Source of the DNA: Wolbachia endosymbiont of Litomosoides sigmodontis
GTDB taxonomy: Bacteria; Pseudomonadota; Alphaproteobacteria; Rickettsiales; Anaplasmataceae
Assembly: GCF_013365435.1 (NCBI RefSeq)
Contig: NZ_CP046577.1
Location: 600,001 to 632,000 of the forward strand
DNA: 32,000 nucleotides
Direction: 5' to 3'
Shown here: positions 1-9,869 of the stretch, in pieces
Layout: each line of letters begins with the position of its first letter
Position numbering within the stretch: the stretch's first letter is position 1
Notes under the pieces: generated by a model
The model's input: only the letters and a program-made list of their open reading frames with translations
What the model was told of the DNA's origin: nothing
Database searches by the model: none
Translations under genes and position numbers: made by a program

Positions 1-518
1 TCCTTTTCTTCTTTTAATATCAATGTTATACAAAGTGCAGCTGTGAAAATTACTATAGTTTCTCCAAATGTGTCATAGCCACGGAAGGCTGCTAAAACAG
101 CCGTTACTATATTGGAAATGCCAACATCTTTTTTAGTATTTTCTATATAGTAAGGAGCAACATGTGAGTGAATGGGAGCATTATAGCTACCAAACTCTGG
201 TAATTGGATCATAAAGTGTGATAAACATATAGCTAGAAATAACATAAAAAAAAGTATTATAGGGTTATGAGACAAATTTACTTCATGATTCTTTATTAAA
301 GATAGTGCAGCAAACGTAAAAACTGTACTGAGCCCTGCACCAACAGAAGCTTCAGTAATTGCAACATCAGGTGCGTTCATAATTAGGTATATAAGTGCAA
401 TGAGCGAGCTAAATGCACACATTAGAACACCACTTGTGACTAAATGCTTTGAAAGAACTATAAGAATAGTAACTATAAGCAGCAGTAAAATTAATGTTAC
501 ATTCAGTATTTCTAACAT
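1..518 (-). CDS. mrpB: Mrp/Mnh-type Na+/H+ antiporter subunit B (DUF4040 + MnhB domains); 3' end lies beyond the window start
   Basis: The minus-strand frame is open from an ATG at about 516-519 down to position 1. Hand translation: MLEILNVTLILLLLIVTILIVLSKHLVTSGVLMCAFSSLIALIYLIMNAPDVAITEASVGAGL...NIVTAVLAAFRGYDTFGETIVIF. APDVAxTEAxVG and RGYDTxGE are hallmark MnhB motifs. It is absent from the ORF track because its stop is outside the window. Confidence 0.75.
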   Translation of the reverse strand, partial: MLEILNVTLILLLLIVTILIVLSKHLVTSGVLMCAFSSLIALIYLIMNAPDVAITEASVGAGLSTVFTFAALSLIKNHEVNLSHNPIILFFMLFLAICLSHFMIQLPEFGSYNAPIHSHVAPYYIENTKKDVGISNIVTAVLAAFRGYDTFGETIVIFTAALCITLILKEEK

Positions 519-519
519 C

Positions 520-807
520 TTAATTCCCTTTAATAGCTTTTTTCTTACTTTTGTAATGAGCATGCGCTAAAATATAACTATTAGTTGAGTTAGCTACCCA
601 TATTATAAAAATTAATAGTATTATTTTAACAGTGTTGACTGAAAATTCATTCAGCAAAGTGAGGCCAATTAACAATAACATTGCACCACTAGAGTCTGTA
701 ATACCTGCCGCATGTAACTTGGTGTAGAAATCGGTAAATCTGATTATTCCGATGGTTGAAATAGCTACTAAACAAATGCCTAAAAATATGAAAATGGACC
801 CCATCAT
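520..807 (-). CDS. mrpG: Mrp/Mnh-type monovalent cation/H+ antiporter subunit G
   Basis: 95-aa ORF with three hydrophobic helices. The motif IIRFTDFYTKLHAAGITDSSG matches the PhaG/MnhG signature (R..DfytRlHA.g). It lies immediately upstream of mrpB on the same strand. Confidence 0.85.
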   Translation of the reverse strand: MMGSIFIFLGICLVAISTIGIIRFTDFYTKLHAAGITDSSGAMLLLIGLTLLNEFSVNTVKIILLIFIIWVANSTNSYILAHAHYKSKKKAIKGN

Positions 808-813
808 AAATTA

Positions 814-1056
814 TCAAAGCAACATTAACCTCATTAGTGCTACAGTTGATATAAAACTAACACTAGAATATAATAATGCTATATCAACCAAAAAAAAACT
901 ATCCAAAATGATTGACATTGCTGTTATGAGTAAAACTACTTGTGTTGAAAAACTATTCAATGCTAGAACCTTATTATAAATACCATTTGACTTTGCTATA
1001 CGATACAACATTGCACTCATACAAAGCAGTAATATACAAACAGCAGCGTAAATCAC
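814..1056 (-). CDS. mrpF: Mrp/Mnh-type monovalent cation/H+ antiporter subunit F
   Basis: 80-aa hydrophobic ORF. MLYRIAKSNGIYNKVLALNSFSTQVVLLI resembles the MnhF motif (lyR...Gp...DRvlAld). There is a 6-nt gap to mrpG. Confidence 0.8.
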   Translation of the reverse strand: MIYAAVCILLLCMSAMLYRIAKSNGIYNKVLALNSFSTQVVLLITAMSIILDSFFLVDIALLYSSVSFISTVALMRLMLL

Positions 1057-1093
1057 TTATAAGTTATACAAAACTTTAATAGGCCAACTTAGC

Positions 1094-1522
1094 TTATTCT
1101 TCATCATCTATTTTATTACCTATATTCTCACTATTTTGGTCGCCCATTTCACTTTTCACCTCATCATCCGGAATATCAGTACTTTCTTGATCTACATCAG
1201 CATCTGCGTTAAACTGATCATTAGAAAAATTTAGTAGTTTTTCCAGCTTACTTGTATTGCTACTGTAGATATTACTCAGATTTCCTTTCATATACTCTTT
1301 GCACCTATTTACCAAAAGGCTAAATAGCTCATGAGTACCCACCTGCCTTTCTGCTATTTCATATAGAGAAATGATGGCGTTTTTATGGCCTTTAAATCTA
1401 GCTGTTTGAATGGGATTACTGGCTCCCGTATTTAAATCATGTGTCCTCTGACTTGCCAATAGGGCTAATTTAAAACGATTATCTACCTGCTCTGTACATT
1501 TTTCTATAATAGATTTAGCCAT
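1094..1522 (-). CDS. rpoZ: DNA-directed RNA polymerase subunit omega, with a long acidic C-terminal tail
   Basis: 142-aa ORF. The N-terminal VDNRFKLALLASQRTHDLNTGA matches the omega core (NRF.L...a..Ra..l). The C-terminus is rich in D and E. Confidence 0.85.
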   Translation of the reverse strand: MAKSIIEKCTEQVDNRFKLALLASQRTHDLNTGASNPIQTARFKGHKNAIISLYEIAERQVGTHELFSLLVNRCKEYMKGNLSNIYSSNTSKLEKLLNFSNDQFNADADVDQESTDIPDDEVKSEMGDQNSENIGNKIDDEE

Positions 1523-1586
1523 AAAATACTACATTAATAAACTTTACATTATAACATAAAGAAACGAAGTGTCAACTTTATGCCTC

Positions 1587-1892
1587 TTACGGAGACCTAA
1601 TTTCACGTTTTGCTTCTTCTGCTTCAGGTTTTGCTGCTCGACTCTCTGTTATTGTAATTGTTATTTCATAATCGAATTTTTTGAGAAACCCCAACAATCG
1701 TTCTAAAGAAAAACCATCTGTTTTACCATTTTTAATTTGCGATATTTTTGGCTGATCAACACCAAGTCTCTCAGCTGCATGAGCTTGAGTCCAAGTGTTT
1801 TTCTCTATAACTTTAGTTATTATATCAAGCAACTTCTTTTTTATCTCTACACTGCACGAGTTATTGTTTAATGATATTATTTCCATATACAC
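1587..1892 (-). CDS. XRE-family helix-turn-helix protein, HigA-like antitoxin or regulator type
   Basis: 101-aa ORF. WTQAHAAERLGVDQPKISQIKNGKTDGFSLERLLGFLKKF is a typical Cro/C1 HTH of the kind found in HigA-like antitoxins (Q..aA..lGv.Qp.IS.l..Gk...fSl..L). No toxin ORF is adjacent. Confidence 0.75.
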   Translation of the reverse strand: MYMEIISLNNNSCSVEIKKKLLDIITKVIEKNTWTQAHAAERLGVDQPKISQIKNGKTDGFSLERLLGFLKKFDYEITITITESRAAKPEAEEAKREIRSP

Positions 1893-1908
1893 TCACCTAT
1901 CAAAAGCT

Positions 1909-1924
1909 TTGTAAAACATTACAA
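1909..1924 (-). promoter_or_regulatory. Candidate operator palindrome upstream of the XRE gene
   Basis: TTGTAA-N4-TTACAA (ttgtaaaacattacaa) lies 17-32 nt upstream of the XRE start codon. The only support is its position and symmetry in an AT-rich background. Confidence 0.2.
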
Positions 1925-2717
1925 CATAAATCTGACATCTCAAAGTATTAATATCATATAAGTTGTACTAAATAATTATATGGTACTAATATATTAAGGC
2001 TTTAGAAAGATCATTCATAGCAAAAAAAGAAAAAATAACTGCAAAGTTTTAAATATAAATTTATAGATTGATTTTGCATAAAACATTTTGTATCTCCGTG
2101 CTCTAATATATCTGCGCAAGCATTGTAATCTTAATATACTAATATAGTATCATCCAGTACATGACGCTATGAGCAGTTCGCCATCGCCGTAATCGCAAAC
2201 TTACTTAAGGTGTCTCTAGATTACGCTAATAAATAGCTGGATGACAGTAGCTACAAACATTAAGAAACTTACTAAATAGGAAAAAGAGCAGAAGAATCCA
2301 CAATTAATACCTATTTAAAAATGTTAGAATTCTTTTACGTTCAAATACTTAATAAGTGCAACTTAGCTGCTTTTTAAATGCAACTAATCTTTAGTCATAA
2401 ATATTTTAAAAAGGCAAAAGAAAACCTTAGTAGAAGTTGATCATTTCACAATCCTATAAATTGGACACTTTATACTGTCTTAAACACTTTATAAGCACAC
2501 TTTAGCCCACTACATAATATACTTTTTCGTTCAATCTGCACAGATTAATGTTCGTACAATTATGTGCTCTAATATGGATACTTATTTGAAGTTTTTATCT
2601 ATTTTAAAGAGAGAGTTTTATAAATATATTATATTTACAGTATGATTTAAATATTTGTTGCTTTTTAGCTAAAACACTATTTAGTTAGTAAGTAAAGTTA
2701 TATTGAATATAGCAGAA

Positions 2718-3200
2718 ATGAAAAAAGATGTTGCTGTAATTATGGGAAGTGAATCAGATTATAGCACTATGATTCATGCTGTTGACATGTTAATAGAATT
2801 AGGAATTTCACATGACGTATTTATAATATCTGCACATAGGACACCAGAAAGGCTTTTCAATTTTGCTAAGTCTGCACAAAAAAAAGGCTTTAGAGTTATT
2901 ATAGCTGGTGCAGGAGGAGCAGCTCATTTACCTGGTATGGTTGCATCACTCACTTATTTGCCTGTTATTGGTGTTCCTGTGCACAGTAAACAGTTAAATG
3001 GGCTGGATAGTTTATTATCTATAGTGCAAATGCCAAAGGGTGTACCAGTTGCAACTATGTCTATAGGAGAAAGCGGAGCTTATAATGCAGCAATTGCTGC
3101 TGCATCTGTTCTGTCAATTTTTAATAGTGAAATTGCTGATAGGTTAAAAAAATGGAGAGAAAAACAGATTGAAGCAGTAAAAGAAAAACCAACATCATAG
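2718..3200 (+). CDS. purE: 5-(carboxyamino)imidazole ribonucleotide mutase (N5-CAIR mutase)
   Basis: [14 protein letters not shown]...[11 protein letters not shown]...[17 protein letters not shown]...PVIGVP are canonical PurE motifs. The ORF track opens at TTG 2703, but the ATG at 2718 ([11 protein letters not shown]) is the more plausible start. Confidence 0.9.
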   Translation: MKKDVAVIMGSESDYSTMIHAVDMLIELGISHDVFIISAHRTPERLFNFAKSAQKKGFRVIIAGAGGAAHLPGMVASLTYLPVIGVPVHSKQLNGLDSLLSIVQMPKGVPVATMSIGESGAYNAAIAAASVLSIFNSEIADRLKKWREKQIEAVKEKPTS

Positions 3201-3207
3201 TAAACTT

Positions 3208-5094
3208 ATGGCGATAATTCTTTTAGATACAAAAATCATAAATCGTATAGCTGTAGGAGAAGTTATAGAAAGGCCAGCTAGTGTAATCAAGGAACTAGTA
3301 GAAAATGCAATAGATGCTGAAAGCTCGAAAATAGAAATAAAAATAGAAAGTGGTGGGCGTAACCTTATTACTATTACGGATAATGGAAATGGAATAGAAA
3401 AGAGCGATTTAGAGCTCGCTTTTATGCGCCATGCTACTTCAAAACTGAGCGATAGTAAATTAATAGAAATCAAATATCTTGGCTTCAGAGGAGAAGCTCT
3501 TCCTTCAATTGCAGCAGTGAGTAGAATCAAGCTGTCATCTAAGGCAAATAGAGCAAATGAAGCGTGGTCTATTTGCTATGAAGGTGGAGAGAAAATAGGT
3601 GAACTTATTCCTTACTCTTTATCACAAGGCACATATATTGAAGTCCGTGATTTGTTTTTTGCCACTCCCAATAGACTTAAATTTCTAAAAACTGAAAGGG
3701 CAGAAACTCAAAGCATTGTTGACATTGTGAACACCTTAGCTATGATCAATTATAGTATTGGATTTACTCTCACTTCTAACAGTAAGAAACTCCTAAAATA
3801 TGTTAAGCAGACTTCGTTATTTAGTAGATTATGTGAAATAGAAGAAGAATTTCAAGATAATTCCCTAGAAATTAATGAAGAAGAGGATGGCGTAAAACTA
3901 ACTGGATACATCTGTAAACCAACGATTAATCGAGGTAAGCCTGATATGATCTATACATTTGTGAATGGTAGGCCAATAAAAAATAATCTACTTATTAGTG
4001 CAATTCGTTACGTATATCACGACTTTATTCCAAAAGGTAGGTACCCTTTTGCAGCATTGCACTTAAAAATACCATACGATCAAATAGATGTGAATGTGCA
4101 CCCAAATAAATCGGAAGTGAGATTTCAAAATAAGAAGTTGATATATAAAATAGTGAAGAGAGGGTTAATTAACGCATTATCAATGAAAATAGGCACCTCT
4201 ACAGTAAATGATATTGATAGACCTTGGTCTCAAGGTGTTAGGGAAGAACTGAGTAATTTACCTTTTGATGTTAGTAAAAGTCAAGAGAATAAGCATATTA
4301 ATAATAGAAAAAACAGAGAAACAAAAAGTAAAAGAGAATTGTATGAAAGGAGGCCAAGTCCTTTTAAAAATCAATTAATGAAAGAATTCAATTTACCAAA
4401 TATAAGAGAGAAAAGCTTGTCAGAACGATCAATATTGTTTGATTGTACAGGTGTACAGAAGTCCTCGTTACAAGTAGAAACTGTGATTCTGAAGAGAGAG
4501 CAAGTTGATTTGATAGAGAATCATCCTCTAGGGTTTGCACGCTGTCAGATCTACAACACTTATATTATTGCTGAGGCTAAAGGCAAATTGATTATAGTTG
4601 ATCAGCATGCAGCTCATGAAAGATTAGTGTATGAATGCTTAAAACAAAAAGCAAGTATAAAAAGACAAAAATTACTTCTTTCTGAGATAGTTGAAATCAA
4701 AAACCAGGTTGGAATGGAGATGGTTGAAGTTTATAAGAGTAAGCTTTTCGAAATGGGTTTTGACATTGAAATCAAATCAGAAAACAAGATTCTAGTAAAA
4801 GAAATTCCTGCAATTTTAGGAGCAATAGATGTAAAAGAGATGCTAATTGATATAGTTGATAGGTTAACAGAAATAGAAGATACGTTGCCAATAGAAGATA
4901 AAGTAAATAAAATACTGGCCACTATTGCTTGTTGTGGATCAATTAGAGCAGGCAGAAGAATAAAAATGGAGGAGATGAATGTGTTGCTGAGGCAAATGGA
5001 GAAAACGCCATATTCTGGGCAATGTAACCACGGAAGACCAACTTATATAGAGGTAAAACTAAGTGACATAGAAAAATTATTTAAGCGCAGGTAA
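3208..5094 (+). CDS. mutL: DNA mismatch repair protein MutL
   Basis: 628-aa ORF. The GHKL ATPase N-terminus is [24 protein letters not shown]...[10 protein letters not shown]...GFRGEAL. The C-terminal dimerisation and endonuclease region is QHAAHERL...CCGSIRAG. It starts 8 nt after the purE stop. Confidence 0.92.
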   Translation: MAIILLDTKIINRIAVGEVIERPASVIKELVENAIDAESSKIEIKIESGGRNLITITDNGNGIEKSDLELAFMRHATSKLSDSKLIEIKYLGFRGEALPSIAAVSRIKLSSKANRANEAWSICYEGGEKIGELIPYSLSQGTYIEVRDLFFATPNRLKFLKTERAETQSIVDIVNTLAMINYSIGFTLTSNSKKLLKYVKQTSLFSRLCEIEEEFQDNSLEINEEEDGVKLTGYICKPTINRGKPDMIYTFVNGRPIKNNLLISAIRYVYHDFIPKGRYPFAALHLKIPYDQIDVNVHPNKSEVRFQNKKLIYKIVKRGLINALSMKIGTSTVNDIDRPWSQGVREELSNLPFDVSKSQENKHINNRKNRETKSKRELYERRPSPFKNQLMKEFNLPNIREKSLSERSILFDCTGVQKSSLQVETVILKREQVDLIENHPLGFARCQIYNTYIIAEAKGKLIIVDQHAAHERLVYECLKQKASIKRQKLLLSEIVEIKNQVGMEMVEVYKSKLFEMGFDIEIKSENKILVKEIPAILGAIDVKEMLIDIVDRLTEIEDTLPIEDKVNKILATIACCGSIRAGRRIKMEEMNVLLRQMEKTPYSGQCNHGRPTYIEVKLSDIEKLFKRR

Positions 5095-5302
5095 AAAATT
5101 GCCACAAATATGGAAATTTTTAGTGTCTTTTCCGTCTTCATACTAAAATTAATTACTTATCTTCCCTATATAGATTAATATGGTAAAAGGGTTTAACCTA
5201 TTTGGTGCCTCCTGATAAAATGTTAGCGAACAACTAGCTGAAGCTAGGCTTCTTCTGCCCTTTTCTGTTTAATAAGTTCTCCAATGTTTATAATTCAGAC
5301 TA

Positions 5303-5950
5303 ATTATAGTATAGACTTCAATTATGCAAAATTTTCTGTTTCAGACATAACCTCAATAGAATATTGATGGTATTAAGCATACAATCTTGATATTTCTAGG
5401 CACCTTTAAATTTTTCGACTTATATTAATTAGTACAATCCATGCCAAGAAAGGCTTCTTGTATTCTTAATTGTATACATTCATTCAAGAAATATATTTAT
5501 ATAATCAGTATTGATATTCAGTACAAAATAGATAAAAACTTTGTTGCTTAATTTTACTTTAATCTATGTTCAAATGCCCTTTTTAAATTATCCTTGTCCA
5601 ACTTTTAAATTATATGCTCAATCTTGACTTATCATAGTCCGTTAAGTTTTTTTTAATTTTTCCTATCTACTTTGTCTTGCTTATTGTGAATTAGTCTTGG
5701 CATAATATACGAAAACTTCATTTTTTGCATATTACGATGTTAGGATTTTCTTATACTCATACTTCAATTTGTTCAAATTGACTCTTATTCAAGAGAGTCC
5801 TTTTACAACATTGAAGGAAAGAAACAATTTTTTTTCTTCATCTTCCAAATTTTAGGTGCTTTATCCATACAGGTAGTGCTATTCTTGAAATGCAACACAT
5901 TTCTGCCTAAGGCTATTATACTATGCTTTTTTACTGTAATTTATATATTT
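5303..5950 (-). mobile_element. Decayed IS630-family element (internal part, no recognisable ends)
   Basis: Collinear nucleotide similarity to the other copies, for example tatagacttcaattatgcaaaattttctg and gacttatattaattagtacaatccatgccaagaaaggcttcttgt (the MDxANxHK region on the minus strand). There are many stops. Confidence 0.7.
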
Positions 5951-6046
5951 TTCAATTCAATTTGCCAAATCTTCATTTTTCGTTTCTATCATCCTTTCAC
6001 TTCCCAGTGAAGCACACTTTATTGAACATTTCCAAGCAAAATTAAA

Positions 6047-7285
6047 TTACTTTATTTTCTTAACCATTTGCTTTCTCCTTGTGATTACAAGTCTTTTTTT
6101 TGGCACATCCTTTGCTATAATACTACCAGCTGCAATGACAGATTCATTATGAACATTAAGTGGTGCAATCAATGAGCTATTAGCACCAACAAAGCAATTA
6201 CTTCCTATATTCGTTCTATGTTTCCTTTTCCCATCATAATTACAAACAACAGTACCTGCACCTATGTTGCTCCCAGGCCCTACTTTGGTATTTCCTATGT
6301 AACTTAAGTGCTTTATTTTAGTATTTATACCTATATCACTTGCTTTTGCTTCGACAAAATTTCCCACAATTGCACCATTACCAATTGTTGTATCCTCACA
6401 TTTGGTAAATGGACCGATCCTAGCACCAAGCCCTATCTTTACCCCAGGGCCAAAGAAAACATATGGGTAAATAATCGTATCTATATCAATTTGTGTATCA
6501 AAAGAAAAAAAAACAGTCTCTGGAGCGACAAGTGTTACTCCAGAATCAATAAAAAATTTTCTCTTATTTTTCTGAAAGTAAAATTCAGCTTTTGTAAGAT
6601 CATCTCTACTATTTACGCCGATTGCCTCTTCTTCATCAGTAGTAACGTAGCCAACACTTAAGTCACTCTTTACTGCAATGGAAACTATATCAGTTAAATA
6701 ATACTCATAAGTTGAGCTATTACACTCTATTTTCCCCACTAATTCATGTAGATTCTTTGCATATGTAACCATTATTCCAGCGTTAGCAAGAAACTCTTCA
6801 TCACTATTTTCACCATTTTGTGCCTCTACAATTTCTCTCAAGGAATCATTTTCAATAATTAATTTACCATATTCTTTATTGTTGGTTTTAAAACCAAGAC
6901 AAACCAGAGCATTATTTTCTAAGCAATTAACCATTTTGGTTATCGTGCTGCTTTTTATAAGTGGAGTATCTCCATATTGTACAATAACTATATTTGAATC
7001 TGGCAATGCTTTCAGGCTTCTTACCACAGTTTTAACCGCATCTCCTGTGCCAAGTATTGATTCTTGTATAACTAATTGTATACCTTCAAGACACTCCAAT
7101 CTTTCAATTAAAGGCAAATCTACTACAACAGCTATATTTTCAGGATTTAATTGCCTCGCATTGTAAATGATATGCTGAAGCATGGGAAAGTTGCCTATTT
7201 TGTGCAGAACTTTAGGCAAACCAGAATTCATTCGCTTGCCATGCCCAGCAGCGAGTATAATGAACGTGTAAGCTTTATTTATCAC
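6047..7285 (-). CDS. glmU: Bifunctional UDP-N-acetylglucosamine pyrophosphorylase / glucosamine-1-phosphate N-acetyltransferase
   Basis: 412-aa ORF. The N-terminal LAAGHGKRM nucleotidyltransferase motif is followed by C-terminal left-handed beta-helix hexapeptide repeats (IGNGAIVGNFVEAKASDIGINTKIKHLSYIGNTKVG...). It has a GTG start directly abutting the pheS stop. Confidence 0.9.
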   Translation of the reverse strand: MINKAYTFIILAAGHGKRMNSGLPKVLHKIGNFPMLQHIIYNARQLNPENIAVVVDLPLIERLECLEGIQLVIQESILGTGDAVKTVVRSLKALPDSNIVIVQYGDTPLIKSSTITKMVNCLENNALVCLGFKTNNKEYGKLIIENDSLREIVEAQNGENSDEEFLANAGIMVTYAKNLHELVGKIECNSSTYEYYLTDIVSIAVKSDLSVGYVTTDEEEAIGVNSRDDLTKAEFYFQKNKRKFFIDSGVTLVAPETVFFSFDTQIDIDTIIYPYVFFGPGVKIGLGARIGPFTKCEDTTIGNGAIVGNFVEAKASDIGINTKIKHLSYIGNTKVGPGSNIGAGTVVCNYDGKRKHRTNIGSNCFVGANSSLIAPLNVHNESVIAAGSIIAKDVPKKRLVITRRKQMVKKIK

Positions 7286-8329
7286 TTATCTTAAAGATAA
7301 AAAATGAAAGCCATAATGATTAAGCCAGCTGATTTTATTACCGTAAAAGCTCCTTAAGTCACTAATTTGATATTTCAGCATTGCAATCCTTTCTATGCCA
7401 ATACCAAATGCAAAACCACTGTATTTAGTATGATCTATTCCAACATTTTGAAAAACATTTGGGTGTACTATACCACATCCAAGTACTTCTATCCATTTAC
7501 TCCCTTTGTAACTTATGTCCACTTCTGCAGAAGGCTCAGTAAAAGGAAAAAAACTATTACGAAAACGTATCTTTAGTCCTTTATCTCCAAAAAACTTACT
7601 AAGGAAGCGATGAATAGTAAATTTTAACTGGCCCATATTAACATTTTCATTAACATATAATCCTTCCATCTGATGGAACATAGGAGTATGAGTTGCATCA
7701 AAGTCTTTTCTATATACCCTGCCTGCAGCAATTATCTTAATTGGGAGAGTTTTTGCTTTTTTCATGGTTCTAATCTGCATAGATGAGGTATGAGTGCGCA
7801 GCACCATCCTTTTGTTGTTTATTTTGTTCTTTAAGTAGAAAGTATCTTGCTCCTCTCGCGCAGGATGATAACTAGGAGTATTTAGCGCATCAAATACATA
7901 AAACTCATCTTCAATGTCAGGACCATCGACTGCTCTGAAACCCATATGTGCAAAAATAAGCTTCACTTCATTTATAACTTTACTTAATGGATGAACTTTA
8001 CCAATTTTTTCTGGTCTAATAGGCAACGTAATATCAACTGCTTCATTTTGCAACTTAAAGTTAATCTCTTCAGCCTTTAGTATATTTTCTTTATTCATTA
8101 TAAGCTGATCTAGCTTATTACGCAAAATATTGATAGCTGCACCTAAATCATGCTTCTTTTCTGCATCTTTCACCTTTTTTAAGTCATTAAAGCAAGCTTT
8201 AATTACGCCACTTTTTCCCAAATATGATAATCTAATTTTTTTCAAATCTTGCAAAGAAAAAGCACTCTCAATTTCATAAACAGCCTTACCTTCAATTAAA
8301 GGTATTTTGTTTAGTAAATCTTTATTCAT
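7286..8329 (-). CDS. pheS: Phenylalanine--tRNA ligase alpha subunit
   Basis: 347-aa ORF with class II aaRS motifs: HPLSKVINEV, FDALNTPSYHPAREEQDTFY, LRTHTSSMQIR, GRVYRKD, FHQMEG, GFAFGIGIERIAMLKY. Confidence 0.93.
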   Translation of the reverse strand: MNKDLLNKIPLIEGKAVYEIESAFSLQDLKKIRLSYLGKSGVIKACFNDLKKVKDAEKKHDLGAAINILRNKLDQLIMNKENILKAEEINFKLQNEAVDITLPIRPEKIGKVHPLSKVINEVKLIFAHMGFRAVDGPDIEDEFYVFDALNTPSYHPAREEQDTFYLKNKINNKRMVLRTHTSSMQIRTMKKAKTLPIKIIAAGRVYRKDFDATHTPMFHQMEGLYVNENVNMGQLKFTIHRFLSKFFGDKGLKIRFRNSFFPFTEPSAEVDISYKGSKWIEVLGCGIVHPNVFQNVGIDHTKYSGFAFGIGIERIAMLKYQISDLRSFYGNKISWLNHYGFHFLSLR

Positions 8330-8469
8330 TTTAGAAACGCTAGCTTGAATTTTATATTATAGTAAAATTTTAAATATCATCAATAATCCGAAGAACTACT
8401 CTACATTTATTATTAGTCTATTGACTAATTATGCTTTTTATTTTATATTAAAAAATTAATGAGAAAATA

Positions 8470-8937
8470 TGCACAGCAGTAATGACTAAATTAATAACAG
8501 ATAAATAATAATGAGAAAGAAGCCATACTGAAGTAAGTAAAATAGCAAAATAACACATACGTTGCAAAAACTAAATGCTGTAATACAACAAATGAGAATA
8601 TTAGTAAGTATCATAAACAAGAGTTACTTTTCTTTCATTAGAAAATTGGATACTGACAATTTAATAAAGGGCGTTAGAACACAGATTAAAGTAAAATTAA
8701 GCAATAAAAATTTTTATCTATTTTGCCCCGAGTATTAGTACTAATTATATAAATATATTTTTAAAATAAATGTCACAATTAAAAACATAAGAAGCTTTTT
8801 TTAGAATAGATTGTGCTAATTGACATAAGTCAAAAAAATTTTAAGTTACCTAAAAATATCGAGACTATATACTTATTACCATACTCACCTAAGCTCAAAT
8901 GTCACTTATCTCACCCACTAACAATGAGAATTTGTAT
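8470..8937 (+). mobile_element. Internally deleted, decayed IS630-family copy
   Basis: The left-end sequence (aataataatgagaaagaagccatactgaagtaagtaaaatagc) is followed by the DE-region and MDxANxHK-region homologs. The copy ends at the right terminus ...ctaacaatgagaatttgtat. Confidence 0.65.
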
Positions 8938-8999
8938 TACTTTAGCATGGCTTTTTTCCATTATTGTCTATCAATCCCTTATACAGTGGTAATTGGTAT
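8938..8999 (-). repeat. Solo inverted left end of the IS630-family element
   Basis: tactttagcatggcttttttccattattgtctatcaatcccttatacagtggtaattggtat matches the about 70-bp left end seen at 11063, 11694, 17132, 29519 and 31422. It abuts the right terminus of the preceding copy. Confidence 0.7.
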
Positions 9000-9252
9000 T
9001 AGGTAAAATCTTTGCTTTCCATAATATATTAAGATTATTAATAATTATTGAATTTCAGAAAAATAATAAAACATAAGCCTTTGGGATGCAGTATTGTATG
9101 CTTCCATACTTGCTTACAGAAACAAATTTTAAAAGAATTCTAGTTTGTTCTCTTGCTCAATACAGAAGAATGAAGTTTTAAAATAGATATTTTTGTGTTA
9201 CGTTATTACTAAACCACACTATAAAAAGGATTAACTAAAATAGGAGTAATCA

Positions 9253-9867
9253 ATGACACAACAAGAAATGATAACAATTAATGCAGAATTACGTAATGTA
9301 ACAAAAACAAAAGCAATGCATTCTCTAAGAAAAAAAGGTGACATACCTGCAGTTATATATGGTAAAGGACATAATAATATAAATTTAACATTATCTGCAA
9401 AGGAATTAACCAAGCAATATAAATTAGGTTCCCTTTCCGCACATGTGATAGAACTTAATATCTCAGGCAAAAAAGAATATGCCCTTATTCGTGATATTCA
9501 ATGGCATGTAGTGAAAGATACTATACAACATGTTGATTTTCAATTCGTTGATAAAGGTAGTGAAATTAAAATAGACATACCTCTATCGTTTGTGAATGAA
9601 AGCAAATCTCCAGGAATAAAACTGGGTGGAGTGCTCAATATTTTATACCGCTCTATCACTATTAAATGCTCTCCTGGCAAAATACCTCGGGCTATAGAAG
9701 TAGATTTATCTGGTAAAATGATTGGTCAATCTGTACACATAAGTGATATAAAATTGCCAGAAGGTGTTAAACTTGCAGCGCACGAAGAAGAAAACTTTAC
9801 CGTTGTCACAATTTCTGCTGCCAATAGCGGCATTGAGAAGTCTCAAGTAGAAACAATAGAGGAATAG
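9253..9867 (+). CDS. rplY: 50S ribosomal protein L25 / general stress protein Ctc
   Basis: 204-aa ORF. LRKKGDIPAVIYGKG...HVDFQ is the L25/Ctc signature. AGGAG lies 7 nt upstream of the ATG. Confidence 0.9.
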   Translation: MTQQEMITINAELRNVTKTKAMHSLRKKGDIPAVIYGKGHNNINLTLSAKELTKQYKLGSLSAHVIELNISGKKEYALIRDIQWHVVKDTIQHVDFQFVDKGSEIKIDIPLSFVNESKSPGIKLGGVLNILYRSITIKCSPGKIPRAIEVDLSGKMIGQSVHISDIKLPEGVKLAAHEEENFTVVTISAANSGIEKSQVETIEE

Positions 9868-9869
9868 TA

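Noticed and set aside
470-545. An apparent 1-nt disagreement between my hand reading of the printed bases around 480-545 and the ORF track. It would either fuse mrpG to mrpB or frameshift mrpB.
   Set aside because: The ORF track gives a clean mrpG stop at 520-522. Under that reading the mrpB frame is uninterrupted down to position 1. I attribute the discrepancy to my own manual base counting and do not claim a frameshift. The mrpB start coordinate is therefore uncertain by about 1 nt.
2187-2232. Possible tmRNA tag frame: GCA AAC TTA CTT AAG GTG TCT CTA GAT TAC GCT AAT AAA TAG (ANLLKVSLDYANK*).
   Set aside because: It begins with Ala-Asn like alphaproteobacterial tags, but it lacks the hydrophobic Ala-Ala C-terminus. 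No tRNA-like acceptor or T-arm (GGTTCGA...CCA) is nearby. I kept only the generic observation of a structured GC-rich patch.
1893-2300. A toxin partner (RelE, HigB or Gp49-like) upstream of the XRE gene.
   Set aside because: Hand translation of all three minus-strand frames gave only short frames with frequent stops and no toxin-like motif. If a toxin existed, it is no longer recognisable by eye.
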